DNA of 64,000 nt from a virus (Duplodnaviria > Caudoviricetes): positions 1-64,000 of IMG/VR virus record IMGVR_UViG_3300042541_001363. One strand, written 5' to 3'. This document shows, in pieces, positions 1 to 10,388 of the stretch. Position 1 is the first letter of the stretch; the number at the start of each line of letters is the position of its first letter. The notes beneath the pieces were generated by a model that had not been told where the DNA came from, searched no databases, and saw only the letters and a program-made list of their open reading frames with translations. The translations under genes and the position numbers were made by a program.

Positions 1-74
1 ATAAACCCCAATTTTGTTGCAGTATCAAAATACTTTTTTGTGTTAGCAACAATTCTTTCTTTCTCTAAAACCAT
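1..74 (-). CDS. 5' end of a hypothetical protein running off the left edge (MVLEKERIVANTKKYFDTATKLGF...)
   Basis: ATG at 74-72, open to position 1; preceded by a Bacteroidota-type promoter at 107-137. Confidence 0.55.
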   Translation of the reverse strand, partial: MVLEKERIVANTKKYFDTATKLGF

Positions 75-106
75 AATAATAATCTATAAATATAATTAAT
101 TTTATA

Positions 107-137
107 CAAATATACTACACATTTAAATACAATTCAA
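107..137 (-). promoter_or_regulatory. Bacteroidota sigma70-type promoter (TTG-N20-TATATTTG)
   Basis: caaatata at 107-114 and caa at 135-137 on +, 20-nt spacer; matches the -33 TTG / -7 TAnnTTTG consensus. Confidence 0.6.
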
Positions 138-153
138 CCTATTTTGAAATTTG

Positions 154-2565
154 TTAAGCTTTTTCAGTTTCTTCGTTTAGAACTTGTTTATTATCTTCTT
201 GCTTCCCAAAAACCAATGATTGATAAATGTTTTTTCTATCTTCAGTAACTTTGTTCATTGAATAAACATCCTTAACACTCTCAAAAAGATTATTTTGTAA
301 AGTAGTTACAATTTCTGGATTCTTGATTAATTTTTTGATTGCTTCATACCAATCCTTGTGGTTCTTTTTAGAATCAATAAGAATTCCGTTAGCTGTTAAA
401 TCAAAACCACCACCAAACTGGATAGCATTTTTCAAATCAATTTTATATGGTCCAAAATCTTGTGCAATGATTGCTTTATGGTGAAAACCAGCTTCAATTA
501 CCTTTAATTGACTATTATGGTTTTTAATACCATTAGCGTTATATTCATGCACATCATTAACTTCAATATCATAAACAGTGTTTATAGAAGATTCTATATT
601 AATAATTTCATCTTTAAAAATTATTTTATGTTCATTATTACTATGTTTACCAGTCACTAATTTTTCTAGTCTATTCTTTTTATGTTCAGAAACAAACCCA
701 ATCTCTTCACTAAATATTTCAGAGTTAAGTCTACCTAATGATAATTTATAATAGTATTTTCTATACGTTTTATTATACGTATGGGTTATTTTACCATTAA
801 TACCAAGACCTAATAACAATATTTGAACTTGTTGTATTAATTTTAAATCTTTACTAGTTAAACTAACACATGAATTTTCAGATACGGTACCGTCAGCTTC
901 AAATAAACCTTTTAAAAATTCTTTAATTACTGATTTAGGTGACTCAAGAATTACTTTAGGTACTCTAAATGTTTTACCATGTGAACCACACCACCCATAT
1001 TTTTTAGCTATTGATAAAAAATTTATACATGTTGATTTAATATCAACACCGAAACCTTCTTTAGCTAAAGAGTTATTACATCTTTTATCTGGTTTCTTTT
1101 CATATACTAATGGGTTTAAACCAATAGATTTATATAGATTAACCACATCGTCAACCACATCAGTATGTCTTTTATCACAAGAAATAGAAATACCAGATTT
1201 ACCATTATAATGACCATCACCTAATAAATAACCTAATAATCTACCCCAATTTTCATTTATTCTAATTCTAGGTAACATATCTTCAGAGCTATTATCTATT
1301 TTTTCTTGTGTGATATTTTTAGTTAATAACATAGGATATGTTATCTCTTGGTATTCTGTTTGTAAAAAAGTAGGTTTAGTTAATTCAATATGTTCACCAA
1401 TTGTTAAATCTTTAAGTTCAACCCATTTATCATCTTTAAAAATTCTATGGTGTGGTGTGCCTTCTAATTCAAAACCATTTTTAGTTGTTATTTTAATAGT
1501 ATCAACATTTTCATATTTAAAATAATTAACAACATCGTTTTCAACACCATTTAATTCAGTTTTTAAACTTAATTCATTTTCAACAATGTCTGAAATATGT
1601 TTAAATCCATTATTCGTTGAAATTAATGAATCACCAACAATACATTTTGATTCGTTAAAGACGTTTTCTTCAATTGGTGCCAATGATACATCAAACAAGT
1701 TATAATTAGATGCATAAGATGAAATTGGTTTAGTCCAAACCCGTCTATAAGACTCGTTAGCAACATTTGGGTATTCTGAATTAGGTTCAAATTTCATTAA
1801 GAAATCATGGTACTCTGGACTAACATTTTTATAATCATCAGTAAAGATTTTCTCATATTGATACCAAACACTTTCCGATGGTTTAATAGGTCGTGTTTTT
1901 TGTTGACCAGTTGATTGGTCTATCTCAGTATGTGTACCACGAGTGTCAAATCCACATAAAACAAATTGAACTTTATCCAATAATTTATCGGTTCTAAGTT
2001 TACCAACAACACCTCTCAACAATTCTAAATCTTTTAAATGGGAAGAACCACCTAACCAACCAATTCTTAACCGACCATTAGAAGGTTCTAAGTTTGGTGT
2101 AAATTGTTTTTCAGTTGGGTCGATTGCATTTGGTAATACATAAACATTTTTGTTTACTTTAGCAATTTTATCAGCAAACAAAGTTGTTGTTGTTGTAATA
2201 TTTTCAGCAACTTTAAGATTGTTTAAAATCTTTTCATCTAATTTGGCTTGTTTGATTAGGTGATATGCTGGGTGATGTGGACCAGGTGCCCAATAGTCAT
2301 CCAAATCCATAATAGTAACAATACCCATAGATTTTAATTTATCTAATAAAGCTGGCATTTGTTCATATTGTCCAAGTGTTCTATGGTAATGAATAATGTC
2401 ATATTGTTTTAAGAATGCATCATCATTTAAGTTTGGCTCAAAATCAATATCAACTGAAAATTCATCTGGATAATTATTTTCTAAAGCGATGTGTGGGTTT
2501 GTAGAACGGAAATAACCTACTCCAGTTCTATCACTTGCTACTACTAATACTTTTAATTTTCTCAT
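154..2565 (-). CDS. GT-B (GT4-like) glycosyltransferase containing a LAGLIDADG intein; about 426 aa after splicing
   Basis: GVGYFR N-terminus, VLPNAID, IGWLGGSSHLKDL, and a spliced ESK|SQLKVIEAG E-x7-E motif. Confidence 0.85.
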   Translation of the reverse strand: MRKLKVLVVASDRTGVGYFRSTNPHIALENNYPDEFSVDIDFEPNLNDDAFLKQYDIIHYHRTLGQYEQMPALLDKLKSMGIVTIMDLDDYWAPGPHHPAYHLIKQAKLDEKILNNLKVAENITTTTTLFADKIAKVNKNVYVLPNAIDPTEKQFTPNLEPSNGRLRIGWLGGSSHLKDLELLRGVVGKLRTDKLLDKVQFVLCGFDTRGTHTEIDQSTGQQKTRPIKPSESVWYQYEKIFTDDYKNVSPEYHDFLMKFEPNSEYPNVANESYRRVWTKPISSYASNYNLFDVSLAPIEENVFNESKCIVGDSLISTNNGFKHISDIVENELSLKTELNGVENDVVNYFKYENVDTIKITTKNGFELEGTPHHRIFKDDKWVELKDLTIGEHIELTKPTFLQTEYQEITYPMLLTKNITQEKIDNSSEDMLPRIRINENWGRLLGYLLGDGHYNGKSGISISCDKRHTDVVDDVVNLYKSIGLNPLVYEKKPDKRCNNSLAKEGFGVDIKSTCINFLSIAKKYGWCGSHGKTFRVPKVILESPKSVIKEFLKGLFEADGTVSENSCVSLTSKDLKLIQQVQILLLGLGINGKITHTYNKTYRKYYYKLSLGRLNSEIFSEEIGFVSEHKKNRLEKLVTGKHSNNEHKIIFKDEIINIESSINTVYDIEVNDVHEYNANGIKNHNSQLKVIEAGFHHKAIIAQDFGPYKIDLKNAIQFGGGFDLTANGILIDSKKNHKDWYEAIKKLIKNPEIVTTLQNNLFESVKDVYSMNKVTEDRKNIYQSLVFGKQEDNKQVLNEETEKA
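514..1644 (-). mobile_element. Class 1 intein with LAGLIDADG endonuclease, 377 aa (Cys308-Asn684)
   Basis: K|CIVGDSLIST start, GTPHH block B, LLGYLLGDG and FLKGLFEADG motifs, VYDIEV...KNHN|S end. Confidence 0.92.
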
Positions 2566-2634
2566 ATAGTTTTGTTTAATTTTTTATAATAATCAAATAT
2601 ATGATTCTTGAAATATTTGTAAAGTATAGATAAT

Positions 2635-2662
2635 AAAAAAGGGCTAATTAATAGCCCTTTTT
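2635..2662. terminator. Intrinsic terminator, potentially bidirectional
   Basis: aaaaaa-gggcta-attaa-tagccc-ttttt. Confidence 0.75.
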
Positions 2663-2663
2663 G

Positions 2664-3257
2664 TTATTTTTTAGTGTTTAACTTACCTTCTTTGATTAAG
2701 ACTGTAATCGTTTTTTTGATTGCAGCTTCGGTAATTCGTTTTTCGTAATCGTTTTTAAAGAAATTATCAATACCTTCTTTAATCATGGCTTGTAATTGTT
2801 CTTTGCTAACAGTAACCATACCAGAGTTATTAACATTTTCTGTTAAAGGTTGTCTAGTTTGTGGTTGTTGTTTAGGTTGTATACCAGTCATTCTAGCTAT
2901 TGCTTCTGGTGACACTTTTGATGGTGGTCCAGATAATCTAGGTATTCTATTTTTAAGCATTGCTTCTTTGATTGCTGGTGGTAAGTTTGATGCCATCACT
3001 TGTTCTTCAGTATAATCTACTATTTGTGTAACATCTCTTTCTGGTGCTTTATAATCACCATAATGCATATCCTTCTCATCAGATTCATCATATCCGTAGC
3101 CTTGTGTTGTTTGCTGTGGTGTATAAGATTCTACTAAACCGCTATCACTACCTTTTTGTACGATAGGGTTTTTAGCTTCAACTTGTTGCATCACTTGTTT
3201 TGACCTAGCTAATAAACCTTCTAGTGCCCCTAACGGAACTGGTGCTGGCATTTCCAT
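2664..3257 (-). CDS. Hypothetical protein (Gln/Pro-rich; contains LVE and LTE motifs)
   Basis: 197-aa ORF in a tightly packed minus-strand operon. Confidence 0.7.
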   Translation of the reverse strand: MEMPAPVPLGALEGLLARSKQVMQQVEAKNPIVQKGSDSGLVESYTPQQTTQGYGYDESDEKDMHYGDYKAPERDVTQIVDYTEEQVMASNLPPAIKEAMLKNRIPRLSGPPSKVSPEAIARMTGIQPKQQPQTRQPLTENVNNSGMVTVSKEQLQAMIKEGIDNFFKNDYEKRITEAAIKKTITVLIKEGKLNTKK

Positions 3258-3259
3258 AA

Positions 3260-3769
3260 CTATTTTTTATTTAATTCATTATTATTGTTAATATTAGGGT
3301 TTTGACTAATATCACTTCTTTGTCGTGTAAATGTAGCTGGGTCAATTTTATTGTGAACCACAGACATCGACTTATCACCAACTTGATTATATGAAGGTAT
3401 TGAAACATCGTAATCAGAAACTGGGTTAGCCCATTTCATGTTTGTTGGGTACCAACCTACAATCTTATCCAATCTAAAAATCTTCCAACCGTTCTTTTCA
3501 GTTTTACTACCACCAACTATTTGATAAGCTCTTATAGCTTGATTACCACCAATTGATTTTGGGCTTGTACCTTTCATTGTGTCGCTATAGTTATAAACTT
3601 GTATATATCTTTTACTAGGAACAGTTTCACCATCATCCATATATAAAATATTCACATTATATTTACCTTCTATTGCAGCAATAACATCCCTTTCAGAAAC
3701 ACCTTCAGTTATTAACCTTTTTTGGGTTTCTTCAAATATAATTTCATTAAATAGATTGTAAAGCTTCAT
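3260..3769 (-). CDS. Stand-alone WYL-like domain protein with an N-terminal leader resembling a capsid-targeting sequence
   Basis: KRYIQVY...AIRAYQ...WKIFRLDKIVGW resembles the WYL core; N-terminus MKLYNLFNEIIFEE...LITE. Confidence 0.55.
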   Translation of the reverse strand: MKLYNLFNEIIFEETQKRLITEGVSERDVIAAIEGKYNVNILYMDDGETVPSKRYIQVYNYSDTMKGTSPKSIGGNQAIRAYQIVGGSKTEKNGWKIFRLDKIVGWYPTNMKWANPVSDYDVSIPSYNQVGDKSMSVVHNKIDPATFTRQRSDISQNPNINNNNELNKK

Positions 3770-3779
3770 ATAAAAATTT

Positions 3780-4280
3780 TTAGATGATTACTTGACCAAC
3801 GTTAGCTTTGGTATTTGGAATTTTATAGTTGTTAGCAGAAGTTACAGTGTTAGTTGCATCTGTAGGTGAATAACCCCATACAGCTAAATTATTACCAAGT
3901 GATTTTGAACGACCTAATCCAGTACCAACTATACTACTACCTACTTTACCGTTACCACCGTCTATGTCATAACCATCACCACCCTTGTAGTCAACCGCTG
4001 CTGTGAAGTTACCGTTAGAAAGTCCAGCACCAGTTCCTTTTCCACGATAAGGTGTTTTAGCGTCACTAAGTGCATTTGTGTTTGATAACCCATATTGGTC
4101 ATTAACATTATTTGTTATTGTTGGGTTCTTGAATGAAGAACCATATAATAATTTTGTTTGTGTTATTAACACTGGTCTTCCTAGACCAGCGTGAGGTCCC
4201 GAACCTGGGATTGGATTACCGTTTATTGCATAGTATTCTAATCTAGATTGTTGACCATTATAAGGAACTGGAGCTGCCAT
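3780..4280 (-). CDS. Hypothetical Gly/Asn-rich protein, possibly virion-associated
   Basis: 166-aa ORF in operon context; composition. Confidence 0.65.
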   Translation of the reverse strand: MAAPVPYNGQQSRLEYYAINGNPIPGSGPHAGLGRPVLITQTKLLYGSSFKNPTITNNVNDQYGLSNTNALSDAKTPYRGKGTGAGLSNGNFTAAVDYKGGDGYDIDGGNGKVGSSIVGTGLGRSKSLGNNLAVWGYSPTDATNTVTSANNYKIPNTKANVGQVII

Positions 4281-4283
4281 AAT

Positions 4284-4760
4284 TTATAAGTTTTGTTTTT
4301 TGTTATTGTTATTCATGTACTCTATTAAATATCTTATAATAGAGATTTCTTCGGTTAATGCTTGGTCATTTGTCAACACATCTTTTTTTCTTGACTGTAT
4401 TGCTTGGTCATTTGACATTATTTTGTTGGTTGTACTTGGTCCAGAATGGTCGCTACCTTTCGTTACTTTAGCGATATCAACTTGTGTAGGGTCTTTTTCT
4501 TTTTGGAATTGGTTTTCTCTACCAGTATCCATACCTACTTTCTTTTTAGCATAGTTGATTTCTCTTTCTTTGCTTACCAATGGTTCAATTTCAGTTAATC
4601 TGTTTTCACCACCTAGTCTTTGATATTCTGAACAATCTGAATTTTCTTCACACATAGTTTTAGCTTTTTTCAACCTAGACACTTCCATGGCATAAGCTTG
4701 ATGCTTTTTACCATCATCGTTTTGGGTTTTCAAAAATTTATTATGTATTTGTGAATTCAT
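4284..4760 (-). CDS. Hypothetical protein
   Basis: 158-aa ORF whose start overlaps the upstream stop. Confidence 0.65.
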   Translation of the reverse strand: MNSQIHNKFLKTQNDDGKKHQAYAMEVSRLKKAKTMCEENSDCSEYQRLGGENRLTEIEPLVSKEREINYAKKKVGMDTGRENQFQKEKDPTQVDIAKVTKGSDHSGPSTTNKIMSNDQAIQSRKKDVLTNDQALTEEISIIRYLIEYMNNNNKKQNL

Positions 4761-5248
4761 TATAAGTTTTTAGTTTTATTCGTATTATTTTTTTTACCCA
4801 TAATAGCTTTTGTTAATTCTTCTAATTGAGCATCTGTTAAGTCAACATCATTGATGGTATTCATAAGTTTTTCAACTTTTGGATTGTAGTTTTTATCAGT
4901 TACATCATTGTTTTTACTTTTTTTAACTAAATCCTCAATTTTCTCTTCAACGTGTTTCTTTTTGATGACAGTATTTTTGTTTTCAGCAACATTAATTGTC
5001 TGACTACCACCAGCACGTGTACCACCAAAGCTATATACAGCAAACCAAGGAATATTTTGTCTGTAACGACCAAATACCTTGTCACTAGTTGTTGGTTCAC
5101 CCTTTTCATATTCAGAATCATCATTAAAAGGTTTATCAACTGGTCCAGTTTCTATTTCACTATTATTGGTTACGTTTCTATCGTTACCACCAGCAAATAT
5201 GTCCCCACCAACTAATTCTACTATTTCTTTCTTTTTAAATGTAGCCAT
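4760..5248 (-). CDS. Hypothetical protein; probable start MATFKKKE at 5248, not 5344
   Basis: Sense-strand TATTTATA at 5270-5263 just upstream of the ATG; the longer ORF call overlaps the divergent gene. Confidence 0.7.
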   Translation of the reverse strand: MATFKKKEIVELVGGDIFAGGNDRNVTNNSEIETGPVDKPFNDDSEYEKGEPTTSDKVFGRYRQNIPWFAVYSFGGTRAGGSQTINVAENKNTVIKKKHVEEKIEDLVKKSKNNDVTDKNYNPKVEKLMNTINDVDLTDAQLEELTKAIMGKKNNTNKTKNL

Positions 5249-5309
5249 AATTTGTCTTTTTATATAAATATATTGAAAAGATAGAATATTTATAATAAAA
5301 CCTATAAAT

Positions 5310-7391
5310 ATGGCGTTTAGAACAAAATTAGACTTTTCAAGCAATAGACAAGTAAAACAACACGAAAAAACTATAACAGCATTATCTGGTGGTACCTCTT
5401 TTGGGTTACCATATGGTTCAATGACATCTGGCCCAGATTTAAATACATCTGCTATTACTCAAACAATATCATCTTTGCTTGGTAATACTAGTACATTTTC
5501 TGGTAATGGTACAACAACAAACTTTACATGGTTTGATAGTAGAATGGATTTAGGTAGTAGTAGTTTATCCGCTATAACACCATCAAATTCAGCAACAACA
5601 CAAAACACTGGTATCATTTTTACTTCTGACACAACAACAATTATTGATAATAACCTTGTTAATTTAACATATAGTGGTGTGTCCTTTGATGCTTCTCCTT
5701 TGACAATGGTTAGTTTGGGTGGTGGTGATTATAGTGGTACGGTAGTTACATATACATTAGATATTCTTTCTGCTAGTACATTAGATTTTACTGGTAGGAC
5801 AATATGGAATGATGTTTCTGGTATAACTAGAACTGAAAGACTTATCATAACTGATAACCCAACAGTTGGGTATGTGTGGACTTGTATTGATTCTGAGGGT
5901 ATGGGTGAATGGCAATACAACGGTACTGGTTCAACATCAACAATATGGACTGCTGGAACTGGTGCTAATTCAGCTGTGTTGGGTGGTAGTAATGGTATTG
6001 CGAGTGGTACTACATCGGTGTCTGAAGGTTATGGTACAATAGCTGGTGGTAATTATTCACACGCTGGTGGTTATAATACAATTACTAGTGGTTTAAATTC
6101 ATTTGTTCATGGTGAAAATTCTAAGGCTGATAATAATAATACGATAGTTTTTGGTAAAGATATAACTGGTACATCGGCTAACACAGTTTATGTACCTAGT
6201 TTAATAATTAACACTGGTGGTACTGGGTCTATGTTAGGTATAAATACATCATCACCACAATATGTTATTGATGCTAAAGGTAATAACGCTAGACTTGTTT
6301 TGGCTGATACCTATACTGGAGATGACTTACCTTTCAAGAGTTTTGTTTTTTCTGCTAATAGTACTAATGTACCACAAATAGTAGCAGCTACTAATAATTA
6401 TACTGGTGGTTTAGGATTAGGTTTAGCTATGGGTGTTGTGGGTAATAATTCGATATCAACAGCCACTTCAGAATTGGTTGGTACTTCTGGTGATACATAC
6501 ATAAATTCAACACAACAAACAAACAACTTAAATATCCTTAATAGAAGTGGTGGTAGTGGTACTAACCATATAAGAATGTATGCTGGTGTAGATGGTGTTA
6601 GTGCAGCAGCAGAACCAGATTTTTTCATACAAGGTAATGGTACGACAGATAGAGGTTATATTGGAATTTATACTGCAACGCCATCAGAGAAATTAGATGT
6701 TAATGGTAATGCTAGATTTAGAAGTATTGGTTCGTCAGCGTCATCTGGTGCATTGCATTATACAGCTAATGGTACACTTACAACCAATACATCTGATGAA
6801 AGACTTAAAACAAACATAACAACACTTACTGGTGCGTTGGTTAAAGTCAATCAATTAAGAGGTGTAAGTTATAATTGGAAAGAAAATCCAACTGGTGATA
6901 CTAGAATTGGTTTTGTAGCTCAAGAAGTTAATAGTGTAGTTCCAGAGTTGACATTCACAAATCCTAATAGTTCAGAAAGTTATATGGGTGTACATTATGA
7001 TAACGTAACCGCGTTGTTGGTTGAGGCTGTAAAAGAATTAACTACTGGTATTACGACTTCAAATAATACTCATTTAGAAACACAAACAATACTTGCTGAG
7101 GACAACAATATTGACCTAAACTATAGTGGAACACCAGAGAGTGCAATTGGTGGTGGTATACGTGTACTACATGCGTTAGGTGTTGATTCTTCAGCTGAAT
7201 TAATAACAGATTCTGAGGGTAATTTCATAACAAATAACAATTTTAAACCTAATTCATTAACGATACCATTCTACAAACCAAATTCTTCTGAAGATATTAA
7301 TGGTAATATTGGTAACATTACCAGAGATGATGAGTATTTATATATTAAATGCCAAGATGGGTGGAGACGCTCTAGCTTAGAAAGATTTTAA
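5310..7391 (+). CDS. Tail fibre / tailspike with peptidase S74 intramolecular chaperone domain
   Basis: Ser/Thr/Gly-rich, short SEG/SHAG repeats, IGIYTATPSEKLDVNG, TSDERLKTNI...GVSYNWK...IGFVAQEV. Confidence 0.8.
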   Translation: MAFRTKLDFSSNRQVKQHEKTITALSGGTSFGLPYGSMTSGPDLNTSAITQTISSLLGNTSTFSGNGTTTNFTWFDSRMDLGSSSLSAITPSNSATTQNTGIIFTSDTTTIIDNNLVNLTYSGVSFDASPLTMVSLGGGDYSGTVVTYTLDILSASTLDFTGRTIWNDVSGITRTERLIITDNPTVGYVWTCIDSEGMGEWQYNGTGSTSTIWTAGTGANSAVLGGSNGIASGTTSVSEGYGTIAGGNYSHAGGYNTITSGLNSFVHGENSKADNNNTIVFGKDITGTSANTVYVPSLIINTGGTGSMLGINTSSPQYVIDAKGNNARLVLADTYTGDDLPFKSFVFSANSTNVPQIVAATNNYTGGLGLGLAMGVVGNNSISTATSELVGTSGDTYINSTQQTNNLNILNRSGGSGTNHIRMYAGVDGVSAAAEPDFFIQGNGTTDRGYIGIYTATPSEKLDVNGNARFRSIGSSASSGALHYTANGTLTTNTSDERLKTNITTLTGALVKVNQLRGVSYNWKENPTGDTRIGFVAQEVNSVVPELTFTNPNSSESYMGVHYDNVTALLVEAVKELTTGITTSNNTHLETQTILAEDNNIDLNYSGTPESAIGGGIRVLHALGVDSSAELITDSEGNFITNNNFKPNSLTIPFYKPNSSEDINGNIGNITRDDEYLYIKCQDGWRRSSLERF

Positions 7392-7393
7392 AA

Positions 7394-9448
7394 ATGGGGA
7401 ATATAAAAAACTTTAATTTCAATAAACTAGATTTAAAATTATCCAATAGTGATTATTGGGATATGTTTTTATCTACCGATGGAGGACCATCATTACCTTG
7501 TAGTGGTGCAACTATTGGTGACTGTAACGTTGTGTTTTTTGATTTTAATAATCCATCAATCTATTCCACTGGTGCAACATCTGCTGATACTATATATAGT
7601 TTGGTCCATTGGACTGGGGCGACAAATACTGGATATACCATAGATACTATAGGTTTTACTGGTATTGATAATGGTTTTATAACTTTTGATAAACTAGGTG
7701 GGGATACAACCAACGAATCATTATTAAATGCTTTAACTGGAAGTTCTTTATCGATACCTAGTGATGATTATAGGATGATGTTGACTAGGGTTACTGGTAC
7801 AACTGGAAACTATGAATACCCAATTGATATTATTGGTGCCGATAAAAAATTTGCATATTTAAATGGTGGTTTTTATCAAGGTTTTTATAAAATTGATGGG
7901 ACAACATATGAACTTTTACCTAATCGAGTTAACCATGCATGGTCTGCTGAGTTCGTAGTTAATTTAGCAAATAGCAATCTTAATTTTAGCGGTCAAACAC
8001 TAAACGATATATACCCAGAAAACAAGGGTATTTTCTTTTATATGGGTACTCGTGCTGAAAACAAATTCTGGAATACTTTTGAGGGTAACAGCACTGGATG
8101 TACTAGTGGTTGTACAGTACCTTCTGGGTGTACGGATACTATTAATGAATGGTGTACAATCCCAAAAGAAACTGATATTAGTTTAAAAGGACCTTACGAT
8201 GTTTTAATTCCGTTAAACCCACCGTTGATTAATATTGATGTGGTAACAAATCCTTTTTTAATATATGGTAGAGGTGATGGTAACACCTATTGCGGTGATT
8301 CTACTGATGGGTTAGGTTCTCAAACAGTTAGTACATATAGTGGTGGTGGACAAGTTGTTGTTACGCATAGTCAAGTAGTTACAAATAAAACAAACCCATT
8401 TTTAGTATATGGTAGAGGTAATGGTAATACCTATTGTGGTGATTCTACTGATGGATTAGGTGGTGAGACGGTTAGTACTTTTACTGGATTCACAAAAGAC
8501 CAAGATACATTGGATTATAATTTAGACATTATAGACAATGCGTTTGCTTTTAGAATAACGGATGATGGTAGAATTGGTTATAGAAGTTTAACGGTTACTG
8601 GTGATTGTATAACAACAGATGATGGGTTAAAAAATGTTACTGGTATAACAATAGAAGAAAAATATTCAGATGCTGATATAATTAAATCTGAAGAATGGAC
8701 ATATATTGCAGTTAGGTTTGTCATGCCTTATTTGGATGATTGTGAATTAAAATTACCTAATAAAAGAAAAGGTAAACTTATGTTCTATGTCAATGCAAAA
8801 TTAAAATTTGTTGTTGATGAAGTTGATGAATTTATTGGAAGAAGACTTAATGATAGTAGTTTAAAACAAGTGGGTGTACCATTTAATTTTAGTTTAGGTG
8901 GTGGTTCTTTAGGTTTGTTAGAAAGTCAAACTTTTGATGGTCTAGACATGGCTGATAGAGGGTTACCGATAGAAAAGAATTTTGGTGGTACATTCGTTGG
9001 TGGTATTTCTCAATTTAAATTTAACATATGTGATTTACTTTTTTGTGATATTGAATATAATTATAAAAAAATAAAAGATTATTTAGAAAACACTAATAAC
9101 AACATCTCACCTATAGTTGATGGTATTTATTATGGTAAATTAATCAATACTAGTGTTGATTTAACCAATATTGGTAATTTAACATTTAAAACAACCCATT
9201 CGGCTGTTAATAGTTATGTTTCATTTATGGGTAACACAAATGCTTTTTGTTATATACTTATACCATCAACATTTGCACAACCTAGCAATTTGAAAAATAG
9301 CTCTAGTGGTTGTTTGAGTTTTGAAGTACCTTATATTAATATGCCAGATATAACAGTAATTGATACTAATGGTAATATGATAACTTACAAGGTCTATAGA
9401 ACTTTCTATAAAACTAACGGTGATTTAGATATTTGGATGTGTAATTAA
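7394..9448 (+). CDS. Virion structural protein (tail/baseplate region) with a duplicated TNPFL(I/V)YGRG.GNTYCGDSTDGLG motif
   Basis: 684 aa, adjacent to fibre genes; internal repeat at about 8245-8325 and 8390-8465. Confidence 0.65.
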   Translation: MGNIKNFNFNKLDLKLSNSDYWDMFLSTDGGPSLPCSGATIGDCNVVFFDFNNPSIYSTGATSADTIYSLVHWTGATNTGYTIDTIGFTGIDNGFITFDKLGGDTTNESLLNALTGSSLSIPSDDYRMMLTRVTGTTGNYEYPIDIIGADKKFAYLNGGFYQGFYKIDGTTYELLPNRVNHAWSAEFVVNLANSNLNFSGQTLNDIYPENKGIFFYMGTRAENKFWNTFEGNSTGCTSGCTVPSGCTDTINEWCTIPKETDISLKGPYDVLIPLNPPLINIDVVTNPFLIYGRGDGNTYCGDSTDGLGSQTVSTYSGGGQVVVTHSQVVTNKTNPFLVYGRGNGNTYCGDSTDGLGGETVSTFTGFTKDQDTLDYNLDIIDNAFAFRITDDGRIGYRSLTVTGDCITTDDGLKNVTGITIEEKYSDADIIKSEEWTYIAVRFVMPYLDDCELKLPNKRKGKLMFYVNAKLKFVVDEVDEFIGRRLNDSSLKQVGVPFNFSLGGGSLGLLESQTFDGLDMADRGLPIEKNFGGTFVGGISQFKFNICDLLFCDIEYNYKKIKDYLENTNNNISPIVDGIYYGKLINTSVDLTNIGNLTFKTTHSAVNSYVSFMGNTNAFCYILIPSTFAQPSNLKNSSSGCLSFEVPYINMPDITVIDTNGNMITYKVYRTFYKTNGDLDIWMCN

Positions 9449-9471
9449 AATAATATTAATAAAAATGTTTT

Positions 9472-9981
9472 ATGTCAAATAATACGAAAATACTTGGTGG
9501 TGTTCCTATTATGGGGTTTATTTCCCCGAATAACACATATGATACTTACCCAGTAATTGAACCGTTATATGGTATTGATGGTCTTAGGAACGTTGATACA
9601 CTAGCAGATTTAAACGAAATACCAGAAGAAAGACGTAGAGCTGGTATGCTTGTTGGTGTGTTTGGTGGTTCCGTATTTTTCAAATTAAAAGATGTTGAGT
9701 GGAGTGGTACAATCGATGATTGGGATGAGATTGAAATAACATTAAAAAAAGATGTAATTAAACATGTTGATAAAGAAACACCTATTGGTGCTATCAATAA
9801 CTCTAACACAATTTTTGAATTAACACACATTCCAATACACGGTAGTGAACATGTTTATCTTAATGGTTTACTATTAGAAAGCGGTTCTGATAATGATTAT
9901 ATGATATATGGTAATGCAATAATGTTTAATTATCCTTTGATTGAAGACATGCGTTTAAAATGTAGTTATAGAACTTTGTAG
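9472..9981 (+). CDS. Small virion structural protein with a C-terminal GSEHVYLNGLL beta domain
   Basis: C-terminal domain matches that of ORF 11160 (GSEQVYLNGLM). Confidence 0.65.
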   Translation: MSNNTKILGGVPIMGFISPNNTYDTYPVIEPLYGIDGLRNVDTLADLNEIPEERRRAGMLVGVFGGSVFFKLKDVEWSGTIDDWDEIEITLKKDVIKHVDKETPIGAINNSNTIFELTHIPIHGSEHVYLNGLLLESGSDNDYMIYGNAIMFNYPLIEDMRLKCSYRTL

Positions 9982-10044
9982 TTTATTTCCCAAAATAAAG
10001 TGTTTTTATAATAATTAACACTATTTATCATTAAATATATTAAT

Positions 10045-10281
10045 ATGTGTGAATCCATCAGGTATGTAACATCTGATTTATATTTAACATCCTATCTAAA
10101 AGTTAAGGGTTTTAAATTTAAAGTTGAAAAAGATAAAAATAAGTTTAACTTTATTTTTGAAGACACCGAATACTTGTCTAACCATGTGAATGAGTATTTA
10201 ACTGAATGCGGTTCTTGTGAACCACTAGCCTATACAAATGCTATCAAAAACATAAAAAATTTATTGTTCAATATTAAATAA
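10045..10281 (+). CDS. DUF5659-like small protein, paralogue 1
   Basis: SDLYLTSYLKVKG...CEPLAYTNAIKNIK; paralogous to 10893; TATTTAT at 10022-10028. Confidence 0.65.
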   Translation: MCESIRYVTSDLYLTSYLKVKGFKFKVEKDKNKFNFIFEDTEYLSNHVNEYLTECGSCEPLAYTNAIKNIKNLLFNIK

Positions 10282-10388
10282 TTCATAATATGGGTTATTT
10301 TTTGATTAATACTGATATTTTTAATATTGGCAGTATAATTATTTATGTAAATAATAACAAAATAACGTAAACCTAAAATTAATTTAAA

